Shown here: in pieces, positions 44,251 through 57,790 of the stretch
How the letters are laid out: each line of letters starts with the position of its first letter
How positions within the stretch are numbered: position 1 is the first letter of the stretch
Notes under the pieces: generated by a model
What the model saw: the letters and a program-made list of their open reading frames with translations, nothing else
Told to the model about the DNA's origin: nothing
Database searches by the model: none
Assembly: GCF_009914755.1 (NCBI RefSeq)
Contig: NC_060928.1
From: the human T2T-CHM13v2.0 reference genome, Homo sapiens
DNA length: 64,000 nt
Strand: one strand, 5' to 3'
Program-made: the position numbers and the translations under genes

Positions 44251-46276
44251 TCTGTCCCATAGCCAACCATGACCATGTATGTCATCTTCACCCCCTAAAC
44301 AATTCTTAAAGTCTCGATAGCCTTGATGTTAAGATAAAGACCAAAATCTACAGCCCCTGAAACCCTGCTGAGTTCTTCAACCTCTGCTCTCAGGACTCCA
44401 GTCCTGCTGGCTCCCATCACTCCCAGAGTCCCCAAGCTCACTCCTGTCACAGCAATTCCATCTTCCTGACGGGGATGCCAGCCCCTCACCATCCCTCCCA
44501 GCCTCAGAACCCCATCAGTTCCCAATCACCCTTCACAACTCAGAGAAAACAGTCTGTTTATTGGGGAAACCTTTCTCCATCCCCTTTTTCCACTCAGCTG
44601 GAGTCAAATTTTATGGTTATATGTACTCAGAACCATGCCCCTTTTCCTCATTGCAATTATATTTAATTAAGGTGAATTTCTGACTCATGTCTTTCTCTTC
44701 CATTATACTGCAATTTCCACAAGGGTAGGGATGGCATCCTTGCTCCATTGTATCCCTAGCCCCCAGCAAAGTACCTGGTTCACCAGAACTGCTCATGAAG
44801 GAGTAAATGAATAATTTACATCCACTCAACATATCATCATGACCATAATTCACTCCTTGAGTGCAGAAGCTATATTTTATTATTATTATTAATATTTGGA
44901 ACCCAGCACAAAGTGGATCCTCATCATGCACTTATTGGAAGAATATTAGGTGCAGATATTAGAGACTGTGGGTCAGAAGCAGAGCATCCCACCTCACATA
45001 ACAGTGAACTCCCCATCTCTGAAATCATCTAAGGAGAAGACATATGGAATGCATCAGGAATGGTCCAGAAGTAATTCAGTCAATGAACTTGATGATCATT
45101 CATTTCCTTTCCTACCCTCGCGTGCTGTGGTGCAACTAGAAAAGACTAGAAAGAGGATGGATGTAAGGAAAAGAGACCTGCAGAAATGAATGAAATTGCA
45201 ACACCCTCAGAAAGGAGAGTGTCATGGCAAATAGAAAGAGTAGGGTTTTTGCCAAGGTTTTCTTAATTGCTGGCAGGTAGCAGACTTGAGAGGCTCTGTA
45301 CAATATAGGTGTGAAGGCTGAAAGAGAGATGTCAAAGATAATAGCTTTAACCAGCTGTCTGATGGCTACTCCTTCCTCCTTAACCTGGCCCTTATTTCTA
45401 GATTTAGATACAGCTCAAAAGAGACTCAGACTTTGACGAGCCAGGCAGAAAATTGTGCTAGTCACATGGAATCATTTTGACTGTTTTCTCAGCTGTTTCC
45501 TAAGAAAACAGACTTAACATTTGTCACCCTCATTCCTGAATAAGGAAAGTGATTCTACTTTCTCCTAAAGCAAAAGACACAGGATAGATTTGGCATTTGT
45601 TGAGTGAAGAGTAGGGTTCAGATTAATGGCGTGTTGAGGGTTTCTTTGTTTTTACAATCTTTCTATATTTTCACATTCAATAAACTAAATGAATTGTCCA
45701 CACCTCCCTTGGGGCTTCCTAATAGAATAATCCCACCAGGAAACTTTTCTCTTCCAGGCCCCTCACCATTTCTCTTTCCAATCTCCCAGTCTCATGTCCT
45801 TGGCCATAATTAATCTATTCCTCAAATATAAGAATGACCAGGGGTAGAAGTACAGGGAAAGAAAAGAAGGACAAAAGCAGAATTGAGCAACACATGATTA
45901 CAGGGGTGCACAGAACTGCCTTTTATTTCTCTACATGTTAAAGTTGACAATTATAATATTTCATATATTAGATCTTATGGTCGGATTGTCAATTTTTGAG
46001 CATGTATCATGTGACATATCCTTTGGACATATTAGTTCACTGGTGTTCAGTTACCTTTTAAGTTATGTATTAAGCCTTCTTAATAGGTGAAGAGGTTAAG
46101 GCTTAGAAAGGCTAACTACCTTGCCCAAAGTCACACAGACAATAAGTGTTGGAACCAGGATTCAAACCCATGTTCTCTGCCTCCCAATCCACATCTAATA
46201 ACCACATGTGTACAGTCTCAAGGAGAGTCACAGAGATTTTTCATTAACAAAGACCCAGCAAGCTGTCACACTAAAT

Positions 46277-46471
46277 CAACCAGGGACAACATGGCTTCCC
46301 AGAGCACATTTGAGAATGTCTACAGGCATCTTTGGTTATCATAAATGGATAGGTGCTACCAGCATCTAGTGAATAGAGGATGCCCCAAACATCCTACAAT
46401 TCACAGACAGCCCCCACAACAAAGAACTATCAGGTCCAAAACATTAATAGAACCGTAGTCAAGAAACACTG
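46277..46471 (+). mobile_element. MER20 with eroded 5' terminus
   Basis: gtgctaccagcatctagtg, aaacatcctacaat, cagcccccacaacaaagaa; 8-bp TSD cactaaat (46269-46276, 46472-46479). Confidence 0.88.
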
Positions 46472-47565
46472 CACTAAATTATCTCAGCATTATGTAAAAC
46501 GGGTTCTCTGCTGCCAACTTGTGACCTTCTATATTGAAAAGGGGAACAGCTCATAACTCCTTGATATACAGTTTCAGGCTAACAGTGTCTAGAACTGGCC
46601 AATGTTCTTTTTAAGAATGGAGAAAAAAAGAAGGATGGAGAAAGAACAGGCGAGGAAGAAGAAAAAGAAAAAAAAGAGGAAGAGAGAAGGAGAAAACTAA
46701 CATTAGAAACTGACAATCTGCAGTGTTCAACAGCTGGATCGCATTACATGGAAATCAGTCCCAGTGACAGCACAACAGGCTGCTTTTGTGTCTTCATGAA
46801 TAACGCAATGTGCTGGGTAAATGCTTTTCCCCATTTAGAAACAGGTAGTTAATGGGAATTGAAGTGATCAAATACTGTGTACCCCAAGGTTACTTACATC
46901 ATGGGCCTGTGTGGCCCCAAGCTCATAAATAAAGCATTGGAGCGTCTTATTTTAGGCCTGGTCAGATAAGCAAGTGCTTGCATCATGTGAACAGAGCCCA
47001 CAGCGCAATATGACACCGAGCCTGGCAATTCCAGGACCTCTCAGAATGTGACATTTCAAGCACAGTACACTGAGTTCACACCCTGTGGAAGCTTCGAGGC
47101 CCACCATGCCTCAATTTTCCATCATCTTTTTGATTAAGCTGCTGTGAGAGAAGGCTGTCACTGAGCCGGACTTTAAATGATGCCAAGTTCATTCCCTACT
47201 ATGCAGAAGTTAATTTGAGGCACATTTGCAACTTATAACTCTGATTTACTCATTTGCTGGTACGAGGACCACACACAGCTTGACAACCTGCCAGCTTGCA
47301 TAGACTATTCTCTCAGAAAAGGTTTGGACCAAGTCAAGACCCAGCTTGGCAGCTCAAAATACAGCTGCTAGACAATGGCAGAATGTGGAGTTGAATACAA
47401 GAAAAGAAAAATATCTCCTCTTTGCCTCAAATTTTTACATATAATTTTGTAATCATATCCCTATTCAGATACTTTGACATAAATAGTGCTTAATTAAATT
47501 GCTGCTATTTGTTGTTTTATTATTAGTACATGGTTTGTTTGCTGATATGTACCTGAAAGCCATGT

Positions 47566-47566
<1 letters not shown>

Positions 47567-47605
<39 letters not shown>
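47567..47605. repeat. (CA)19 microsatellite
   Basis: Pure dinucleotide run. Confidence 0.97.
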
Positions 47606-47607
<2 letters not shown>

Positions 47608-47994
47608 ATGCTTGGTCCTAGTACTGTTGTTGTTTTGAAAGTAATGAAAATGCTCTCTATGAATAATTTCTCCATTTGACAGAATCAGCAACGATTTTAA
47701 ATAATGCTTGTTTTTCTGGTACACAAATGGGTAGATGGATAATTCTAATGTAATCATTTTCTGGTGTTTTTGTCTCATAGATTTCCTGTAATCTGTTAAG
47801 ATCAATCAAATAATATTCATATATTTCCTATAATTCAATAATATCAATCAAATAATATATTATTGGCATGAAATAAATTCTTCCTACTATAAAAAAACAG
47901 CTCTCACAATAAATGCATTTCCCTGTAATTCATATTGTGCTGTTTCTCATTCAGATCCTGGGATCCCAAAGAAATGTCTTCAATAAATGTTTGT

Positions 47995-48287
47995 GCCTGG
48001 GGAAACACCTACAATCCCAGCACTTTTGGAGGCTGAGTCAGGCGGAGCACTGGAGCCCAGGAGTTCAAGACCAGCTTGGGCAACATGGTGAAACCCCCTC
48101 TCTACAAAAATTAGCCGGGCGTGGTGGTGCCTATCTGTAGCCCCAGCTACTCAGGAGGCTGAGATGGGAGGATCGCTTAAGCCTGGAAGGTTCAAGGCTA
48201 TAGTGAGCTGTCATGAAACCACTGCACTCCAGCCTGCGTGACACAGCCAGACCCTGTCAAAAATAAATTAATGAATTTAATTAAATA
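47995..48287 (+). mobile_element. AluJ
   Basis: Diverged dimer; TSD aataaatgtttgt / aataaatatttgt. Confidence 0.9.
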
Positions 48288-49641
48288 AATAAATATTTGT
48301 AAACAAATTTGGGGTAAGATGTAAGGTTTAAATTTTCTGTGAGATTGTAACACTAGTTGGTCATTGACTAAAAGTCACCACCACGTCACCCACGGAACCA
48401 TCTTCCGGGAGCTGGGTTCTTCTAAACACAAACTCCTTCTCCTGCTCCATGGGGAACCTGCTCTAGAGCCTGCTTTTCTGCCTCTGACATGGTTTCTCAA
48501 AGTGTGAGCCACAGAATCCAGCCTGTAAGAAATGAAGATTGCAATACACATGTTGGGTGCTTGCTAGGAAAGCACAGTGTGCTTATCAAAAGCAAAGATT
48601 GCTAGAGCCACGCCAAACCAATTAGATCTGACTCTCTGGGGAGATCTACACTTCCAACAGTATTTTCAGGTAAAATTGTCTTTCTTCCTTGAGTCTTGGA
48701 GCATATGGATTGGGTGCAGAAGAAAGAGAGTGAGATTGTGAAAACTGTGCTCCTCAACTCACTGTATTTGAAATAAACTATTATCAAAAATTTCAAGCTA
48801 AAAATCATCAGTTCTCTAATGCCCTACATCCTCTCGACCCACCACCCCCCAAAAAGAAAAAAGTCTGGTCTTTGGAATGATAACCCCCTGAGGCTCTACA
48901 AAAGGGGAAATTGAGTTATCCTCATTGTATCATCTATGCTAAGGCAAGAAACTAGAAATATCAGTATGCTTCCATGATATACTTTAAATTTTCAGCCACA
49001 AATTTTTTTTCAAAAAAAGTTTGCTCCAGATAATATGATAAAACTCCATTTACTTCCGGTTCGTAAATGTTTTGCTATATTTCACCAGATAATTATCCCT
49101 TTGGTTTTCTATTCCAGCTTATCATCATTATGATGATAGAGTAAAGAGAATTTTAATTCAAAATTTCAGAAGACACTCAAAAGGAAAAGAGCAGCATAAT
49201 TTACGCCAAAGAGATCAGCTATACACTAAGAATTATATCTCAACCCCAAGTGGCGCACACACATATTGCCAATTCCAAAGACTTTTGTGAAACACACTCG
49301 AGGTAGTTGCCAGGATTGGCTGGGTAAGTGTATGCAGTGTGTGGATTTGGCACATTGCAATCATTCGTTATTATTGTGCTGCAGCTGTGAGCCTGTGAAT
49401 GGAGTTGCAGGGCCCATTTCACCTACCATAGAGTTCTACAGCCCACAAATGAAGAGATTTGGTGATACAAATTGGCATTCACTCATTCCCACCAACTAAA
49501 ATGTAAGCACTTTTGGGGGAAGAACTGGTCTTCTGTTTCTGTCAACAGCGTCCCCACTGCCCTGCTTTCCCCCACCTAATATCGATCTGGCTGGGCACAG
49601 AGTTTCCCTTCCCTTTCCAAAAGATATCTGTGGCATTATAA

Positions 49642-50051
<410 letters not shown>

Positions 50052-50244
50052 GAGAACCCTGTATTTCTTACACAGGGACATGGACTGCTTCCCCCAAGAG
50101 TTGGAGATAAGACAGCAGACACACCACCTCTGGAAAAAAAAAAGTGTATTATCAGCAAGCTTTGTGCAAATTCAGCTCCTTTTAGTCTGTAACTACAGAG
50201 AACGAAAGTGTCATACCCTCCCCCAGCGACCATGACACCTTTAT

Positions 50245-50410
50245 CTGGAACCCAGCTGTATTCGAGATTTACTGTGTGGCCTTGGGCAGCTCATTTAACC
50301 TCTCAGTGTCTTAATTTCTTCATCTGGAAAATGAAGACGCTACCTACATCATGGGCACAGCGTTTCAAGGTTAATGCATGAGGCTGATATTGAAATGCAG
50401 CTTAGCAGGG
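50245..50410 (+). mobile_element. MIR
   Basis: ctgtgtggccttgggcagctcatttaacctctcagtg core. Confidence 0.7.
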
Positions 50411-51374
50411 GAACGTCTAATTCTGGGGAGGAAGTCAGGCACAGCAGTGCCCTTCTGGGGGTTATAACATGTGCAGGATCACAGAGCTGGGCCCTAAGGT
50501 CAGGAATGCACATGGCAAGCTCAGTAAGCCACTCCAAATACACCACCTGGAGTCTTTTATTGTTATTGCCGAGTAGAGTTGATAAAGCAAACAGAGCAAA
50601 GGGTCGGGAGGCCTAATTTATCAAACGTTATTGATACAGATCTCATATTGACAGGCAATGAGCCACTTTTGGATTCAGATCCATAAATCCATTTTATAAT
50701 ACAGTCCAATCCCAACACTTTGCCCTCAGATCCTTCCATCTAGACATGAGAAATCCATCCTGCTTTGCCTGCAGTCTGTCAAATGTCACCACAGAGTGCA
50801 GAAGCCACCCTGCCAAGTCTATATCCTGAACTAAATCCCAGTGGAAACTTCCCAGATATAAATAACCACTATGAACATACAGGAAAGAAAAATAGCTATG
50901 AAGTTGCACTCCTACTTTTTTTTTTCATTTTAGCCTGTGACAAGTAAAAATCATAGAGTTATTCACTCTCCAAAAACAATCTAAAACCAGAAGGTTTAAC
51001 CAATCCAATTTTCTGGTCACCGTGACGACTATTTTAATCTGTGAGGCCGCGTTCAGGACACATACACAGGCCTTGCCCGTGGTTGTTTCACAGCCAGCCC
51101 CTGCTGGAAACTCCAAAAGCGGCTTCCGTTCCTGGACTCACTGTGGGCAGTGGCATTTGATGACACTCAGGGTCTCGCGCCATGAAGACAGAATTCTCTG
51201 TTTACAGTCAGAGAAGGAGGAACTTTCCTTCAACTTGAGGGTTGAGAGTGAGATCCCGGGGAATCGGTTGGGAGGAAACCCCAGGTTAACAGTGGGAGGA
51301 GAAACTCACTCAATGTTTTTGCAAGGCAGGGAAACATGACATAAAGAAATCAGAGAACTGAGTCTGAACGTGGG

Positions 51375-51550
51375 GATATCTGGGCTTGAATCATGCCGAG
51401 CCAAGTGTGTGTGACTTTGGTTAAACTATACTACGTCCCTAAGCCTCAATTTCCCCATTGATGACAGGTGAAGGGGGTTGCTGTAAGATTCAAATAGTAC
51501 AAAAGCCCCTAGCACAATACCTAGCCCATAGTAAGTGCTCAATACATATT
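51375..51550 (+). mobile_element. MIR
   Basis: tgtgtgactttgg...agcctcaatttcccca...catagtaagtgctcaata. Confidence 0.7.
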
Positions 51551-52814
51551 CCTTAAACCATAATCTACATAGAGAAGTATGCAATTATTGATATCACTCA
51601 TTAACCAACGGGCAGAAGTTCATTTATTGAATGCACACCCTATGTCAAGGACAGCACTAAACGGTGGGAACAGAGAGGCAAAAAGAATAGAGTATGATGC
51701 TCGTCCTCAGGATGAGACAGTGGAAATGGGCAGGACTAGATAAGGAGACTGGTTGTCTCTAGATATGAGGACCAGGTGTAACATGGGCAGAACACTGCAG
51801 ATGTAGAGCCTGCAGGGCAGGCACGCCACACCCAGGCTCGAGGAACTCTGTAATTATCACACCATTCCTTGCCCGGTGTGGCTGGTTACATTCTGGTTTC
51901 CTGCAATTTCTGCACGAACACCTGTGCTCATTTGCTCAGGGAAGGCAAACTCATCTTAATGTTAGCTTCAAATAAGTTGATAGGAAGGTAAATCTGCAAA
52001 TTTAAAAGCCTAAGCATGGATTGGCTTAGGATTATCTGAGCTTTTAGGTTTTTCTGACCATATCCAAGGAGAGATACAGGAGAGATACACAGGTGTCATC
52101 CTGAAAAACTGAAGGTAAATTAAAATGCCATCTACAGTATTAAACTCTTTTTCCCATTGATTTGCAACAGGCATTTGCATTTTGGGGGCATGCACTCTTT
52201 GAAATCTGTCCTCATGCACAATAAAAAGAAGGAGGTGGGAAGAGGCAAAAGAAGAGAAAAGAAGGAAGAGGAAGGAGAAGGGATGGAGAAAGAGGAGGAG
52301 GAAAAAACTAAATAACTTCCAAATAGCACAGGTCTCAGGCTGGCCATTCAGAAGTCCAGGTCAGGTCAAGGGGAGGTTTTTGCCCCTTTGCAATAGAATG
52401 CAGGAAATGGGAGAGAACTCACTCATCAAGCTACAGTCTTTCCTTCTGTAAGCCTCCTACCCTACAATACACCTACTGGCTTCTCCCTCAGAATGTACAG
52501 GATTTCTTGTTGTTTCACACAACAATTATTTGGAGGCAGTAGTCTCCCATGGTAGCCCCAATCTATCCTTGCCACTGTCTTCCACTGTCCCAGAACTTCC
52601 CAGGCCAAACTCATCTGGGGAACACCTACAGGATTTTTGTCACATTTCATGATATGACCACTATTATTCATTGTATATGATTTATTTTAAATCAAGTTAC
52701 TTTTTAAAACTTTACTGTTATTCTGGGCAACAATATCTGTAAAAATCATTGTTTTCCTGTGCTAGTTATAGCTTCCTAGTACACACTAATTAGCATAAGT
52801 CATTATTATTAAAA

Positions 52815-53005
52815 TAGCCTAGCATAGTTATTAGCAATACAGATGCTGAATGTGTTCAAATCCTGGCTGTGCCACTACTAGCTGTGTGATCTTGCGCAAG
52901 TTACTTAACTTCTCTGTGCCTTAGCCTTCTGTTAAATAAACAATACCTACTTCATAGAGTCACTATGAAGATTACATTAGTTAATATTTGTAAAATACTT
53001 GTATG
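52815..53005 (+). mobile_element. MIR, possibly nested in a hAT-type relic (~52540-53045)
   Basis: gttcaaatcctggctgtgccactactagctgtgtgatcttgcgcaagttacttaacttctctgtgcc. Confidence 0.8.
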
Positions 53006-53884
53006 ATCTAGAATCTTCTACACGAACAACACTTTGGAAACACTGAACTATGCACAAAAGCATAAATCATCCCTTACCTCAAGGTTTGGTTATGCTGTCC
53101 CGCTTTTTCGGGGTACTCTTTTGCCTCCCTTTTCCTGCCTAAACCAAAACTAATAAACACACTGTTATCCCACTCTTCCTGAAAGCCTGCCTATCTGAAG
53201 GTCCTTCTTAAATAAATATAATCACAGACATTTATTTTAATGACAGCCACTTGAGCATCTATCATCTTACTGCCCTGTGCTCAGTACTTTTCACACATCA
53301 TCTAATTTAGTCTTTATTTGGACTTTATGAAGAAGACCCAGCTTAAAAAGATTAGGTCATTTTTCTGAGATTCTACAACAGGAGAGTCATGATTCAAACC
53401 CAGGCCTGTCTGACTCCACAGCCTGTGAATATCCCATTAAGCCACGCAGTACCACTAGGAAGCTCTCTCTTCCAAGAGTTCATTACAGTGTCCAACCAGA
53501 CAGGAGCACCCTCTCGGCTCCCTTGGTGTGTACCTCTCTTATCAGACTTAGTAAACCCACACTGTAATGTGACTATTACATTTGTCTTTTATTACTATAT
53601 TACTAATAGTACTTTATTACTAATATCATTACTAATATTATTACTAATAATACTTTATTACTATTGTCTGTCTTTTCCCCCTGTTATTCGAGATAACTTT
53701 CTATTTTAAGCATTTTGGAAGGAAATCATTCTAAAATTTCCCTGAATTTGAAAAAGGGTTACATTCTATGAAACTGAATTTAATATTTTCTTTACACCTC
53801 TGGTCATCTTTATCAACACCAAATATGGTAATGTTCTATGATGTAAACATGACTTGAGGGCAATTTTTTCTGTGCAGCCTAGGG

Positions 53885-53985
53885 TGACAATTAAAAAACC
53901 AGACTCCTGAGCCCCTCCCCAGATCTACTGAATCAGAATGTCTGGGTTAAGGACCAGGAATCACTGGAGTTTAGGAACCACGGCC
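53885..53985. mobile_element. MER5A fragment
   Basis: cagactcctgagccc...ccagatctactgaatcagaa...ccaggaatc. Confidence 0.65.
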
Positions 53986-55256
53986 TTAGGGTATGTATGG
54001 GTGTTTGATCCTGCTTGCTACTCCCAGATAGCTTTTCAGTTGTGTTTCTGCCTTTCGTGGTTTTTCTGACCTCTCCCACCCTTTGAGTTGACAGCTTTCA
54101 CTTCTCACTGCCAACCAAGATTGCTGGATAAATGTTTCCTATTTCTCTTCTACTCACTAATGCTATGGTTTCCAAACTATTTCTTTTTAGCTTTAGAACA
54201 CTTTCATGAAAACTGATTCTTAGACAGATGCCCAATATAAAGCACATCATTTCAGAGCTATTCCAATGGAATATGAGTGAGTGGCCTGGATTTCCAATGC
54301 TCTTCTCGTTCCCCTAACTCCCATCTCCACCCCCTGTGATGGCCCTGAGGCCCCTCCTCAGATTCCCTGGGCTTCCATAGAGAACATTCCTAATACCACT
54401 GAAATAATACAACCTTCTGTCAAATGTTATCATCGTTTTGTAGGACAGATACCTTATTTTTTAGAAACATTTCAGATTATCAGAAATTTTTTTTTCCTTG
54501 TAAGTTTGTCAGTGTAGCCCAAAATCAAGTGTGTAGTTCTTTCTATTTGAGGACATATCCAAATTTATAATATAGCCTCTATATTATATTTGCAAAATCA
54601 CCCCTTACAGTGAATATTCCTAACTTGGAAAACGATGATCTCATTGTATTTGTAATTGGACTCCCATTTACTTTTGAAAGGATCTCAGAAAAATAATGGT
54701 CAAGGGAATTTATCTTTTTTAAAAAGTCTCTCCTCTGCAAAAGAAGGTGTGAGAGCATGCAGGAAAACTTTCTAACCTTTAAGATTTTGGTCATTTTATA
54801 TTGAGGGTATTCTAAATAGGTTAGTATGTTAATAGTCTAAAAACAAGGTTCAAGCAGCAGTTTTAAAACTTGAAAAACAAATTTAAGCAAAGTTCTTTTA
54901 CTGCTCTTTTTGTTCTTTTTCTTCCAAATTCATAATTTTGAGACTAAGAATTTAGGAAGCCTATTTAACGTTATGAGCACTAGAGGCAAGGGAATGAGAA
55001 TGTTGTATCGAGGTTACAACATGATTTCTATAGTGAATTAGGACAAAGTTTGAATTCATATATACAGAAAGAGATATAGTAAATGTGGCAAAGTATTAGC
55101 TATTGATGATCATAAGTAAAAGGTATGCAGAGTGTTTCTTGTACTATTCTTTCAACTTTTCCGTAGCTTTGAAATTTTTCAAAATAAAATTGAGGGGGTA
55201 TTTCAAACACAGGTAGAAATCAAGCATAGTCATACATGTAAGATTAACACATTCAA

Positions 55257-55390
55257 CAGGGCCTGGGCCATGGAGACAAAAGTGAGACATCTAGGACACA
55301 AAATTTAAGGAAGCACTTGTGGGACGCTGAGAGCGAGTGCCTCTTTACGTTTGTCACCATACACACCTCACTTACCTAGTGCCAGCCCTA
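55257..55390. mobile_element. Palindromic hAT-Tip100 MITE (MER96/MER91-like)
   Basis: caggg...ctaggacacaaaatttaaggaagcact...gagtgcctctttacgttt...cagcccta; arms are self-complementary. Confidence 0.6.
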
Positions 55391-57439
55391 GTGTTCAACA
55401 AAAGCAAATTGCATCTATGTTCTCAAACAGACCATAGTAAATTCTTCTAACTCCTAAAAAGAAGAAGGTTACAACCAATTTTATCCATGCATTCATTCAC
55501 TCATTTATTCTCCAAGCATGTATGGAATCCACGCTATGTTAAGTAGCTATCCTGTATGTATTCATGGGTGTGTTAGATGCTGGGGATACCAATGATGGAC
55601 CAGTTCCTGCTAAAATATCTTACTATCTGCCAAACACTGATTTAATAATATTATTTTTATCATCATCGTCATCATGTATTCAATAAATATTTCTTGAATG
55701 AGCAAAACCATAAGTCTACTTATTTGTTCTTACTCAAAGATTTGTCACATTCAGATGAACGTGAAACTTTTCCCTGGATTGCCTGATAACATAGCTAACA
55801 TTTACTGGATGGTTACGAACTGCCTGGTATCTTCTAAGTTCTTTCCATATGTTACCTCAGTTATGCCTTGCAGCAACATGAAGACATAGGTGCTAAGATT
55901 CTCCTTTGACAGGTAAGAAAATATGTGAGATATTGGGTACCTTTTCCAGAAATACAGAAAGAGGCCACACCAGGTTTGAACCCAAGTAGCCCAGCTCTGG
56001 AGCCTGTCTTTTCAGAGGCTCCACAAAGCAATCTCACATTTACCAACCCAGAGAGGCACTCCCCAGTTCCATAAAGCTCTTTTCTTCAGGTTGCCGTTCA
56101 ACCATTACTACATAGAAAGATCTAGATAGCACCAGGGACACTTTTAGCAAAATGATCCTCAACTTCCATGGCCTGGGCAGATAAGTCAGAATTTGGGGGA
56201 CATCCTGCTTAATTTCACCTTGTCTAAATACAACCAACTAAAAATAACCTGAAAGGGAGGTGTTTCAGAACCACAACAGGAGCTGCAGAAGGCTGCAGAG
56301 GGCGTGACGCGAAAGAAGGATCCTGGCCTCGGGATAACACTGCTGATGCTTTTCAACATCAGCAAGCTGCATATTGTGATGAGAACATAAAGTTTCCAAT
56401 TATTGAAATTCCATAGTGTATTTAATTATGCAATTATCTCATTGTATTAACAAGTGCTAGAGCACAGCAGCAATTGCTGAGATTTTTACAATTTGGAAGA
56501 GCAGAATTTATTCCTTCCCTCAGCTGATTACTTCTCATAAATCTGTCCATTTCTCAGGGATTATGGAAATGATCCTATTTTTGGAATGCTTCATTCAGAA
56601 ATCCAAAGCAAGTCAGCACCCCCACTCTTGCCACTCCAATTTTTAAGTATGATCCTTGTAAAGACTGAGCGTATTTCAGGGGAAAATGTCTGCAAATTCA
56701 CATCATTCTTGTTCCCATTAATCACTTAAGACTCTTTCCTCTTTTGAAATTCAAATAAATATAGTGTAAATATACATTTAAAGAGCAGTTGTACAAATTA
56801 CATATTTTCAATGATGCAAACACAAATACATTCTTGTTCATTTGCTTAATAAGGATTTATCCCAAAGAGTTCATGTATCAGACTGTAAAACCTGAGTATT
56901 CCATCAAAACACCTCAAATAGGTAATGCTGTGATACTATTATGCATTTCTATTTGCCTCAGTTACTTTGGCAAATATGAAATGTAATCATGCAAAATTAA
57001 ACATTCCATACATTTTCTATTCATTCTCTAACACTCTCCCTATATTCTGAAATAGGCTATCACATTTTCAAGTTTAAGGGGACAAAAAGTGAATCAAATT
57101 TCTTGTTTCTGAAAGCATTGCAAGTAATAGGTCTTTTTACTTACGGCTTTCCATCTAAGAATCACCAGGCTCTTCACACATAAAACATAATAAATCCATA
57201 CAGTCTGCTACATACCTACCCAGTGGGAACCCTCCTTGCTGATGAGAAGCTATACCTGTATTTTCTCAACGTAAATTTGGCCCAGGCTTTTAGGAATGAT
57301 GTTTCATTTACTTGTGCATGATCAAGAGGCATAATCATATAGGTGGAAACCTCGCTTCTTCTCCCAAATAAGTAAGAGTTAGGAAAACAAACCCTGGACC
57401 CAATTGCCTGGTATTTGGATATCAGTTTTGCAAACTTTA

Positions 57440-57790
57440 AGCTATCAGATTATGGAGCAAGTCGCTCCACTGCCCTGTGCTTCTGTTTTTGTAGTGATAA
57501 AATTGGGATAATAATAGTACCTATCCCATAGGGTTGTTGGGTGAATGAGTTAATACATGTAAATCCTTGAGAAGACAGCCTTAATAGCATTAACTGTTGT
57601 TATCTTGACTTGTCCTGCCCACATATGACACCTGATGCCTTTCAAAGTCATCTCCCCACAATTACCTCATTGGGATCTCACCATCTTCCTGTGAAGCAGT
57701 GGAAGTAGATGCTATTATTTCCATTTTACAGATGAAGAAAGTAAGATTCAGAGAAGGTTGCCAGCAGTCAAGACTGGAACTAGACTAGTA
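57440..57790. mobile_element. Tail-to-tail MIR pair
   Basis: aaaattgggataataatagtacctatcccatagggttgtt (+) then ccattttacagatgaagaaagtaagattcagagaagg (-). Confidence 0.7.

Noticed and set aside
55257-55390. Hairpin as a possible miRNA precursor
   Set aside because: Self-complementarity is explained by a diverged palindromic MITE; no recognisable mature miRNA
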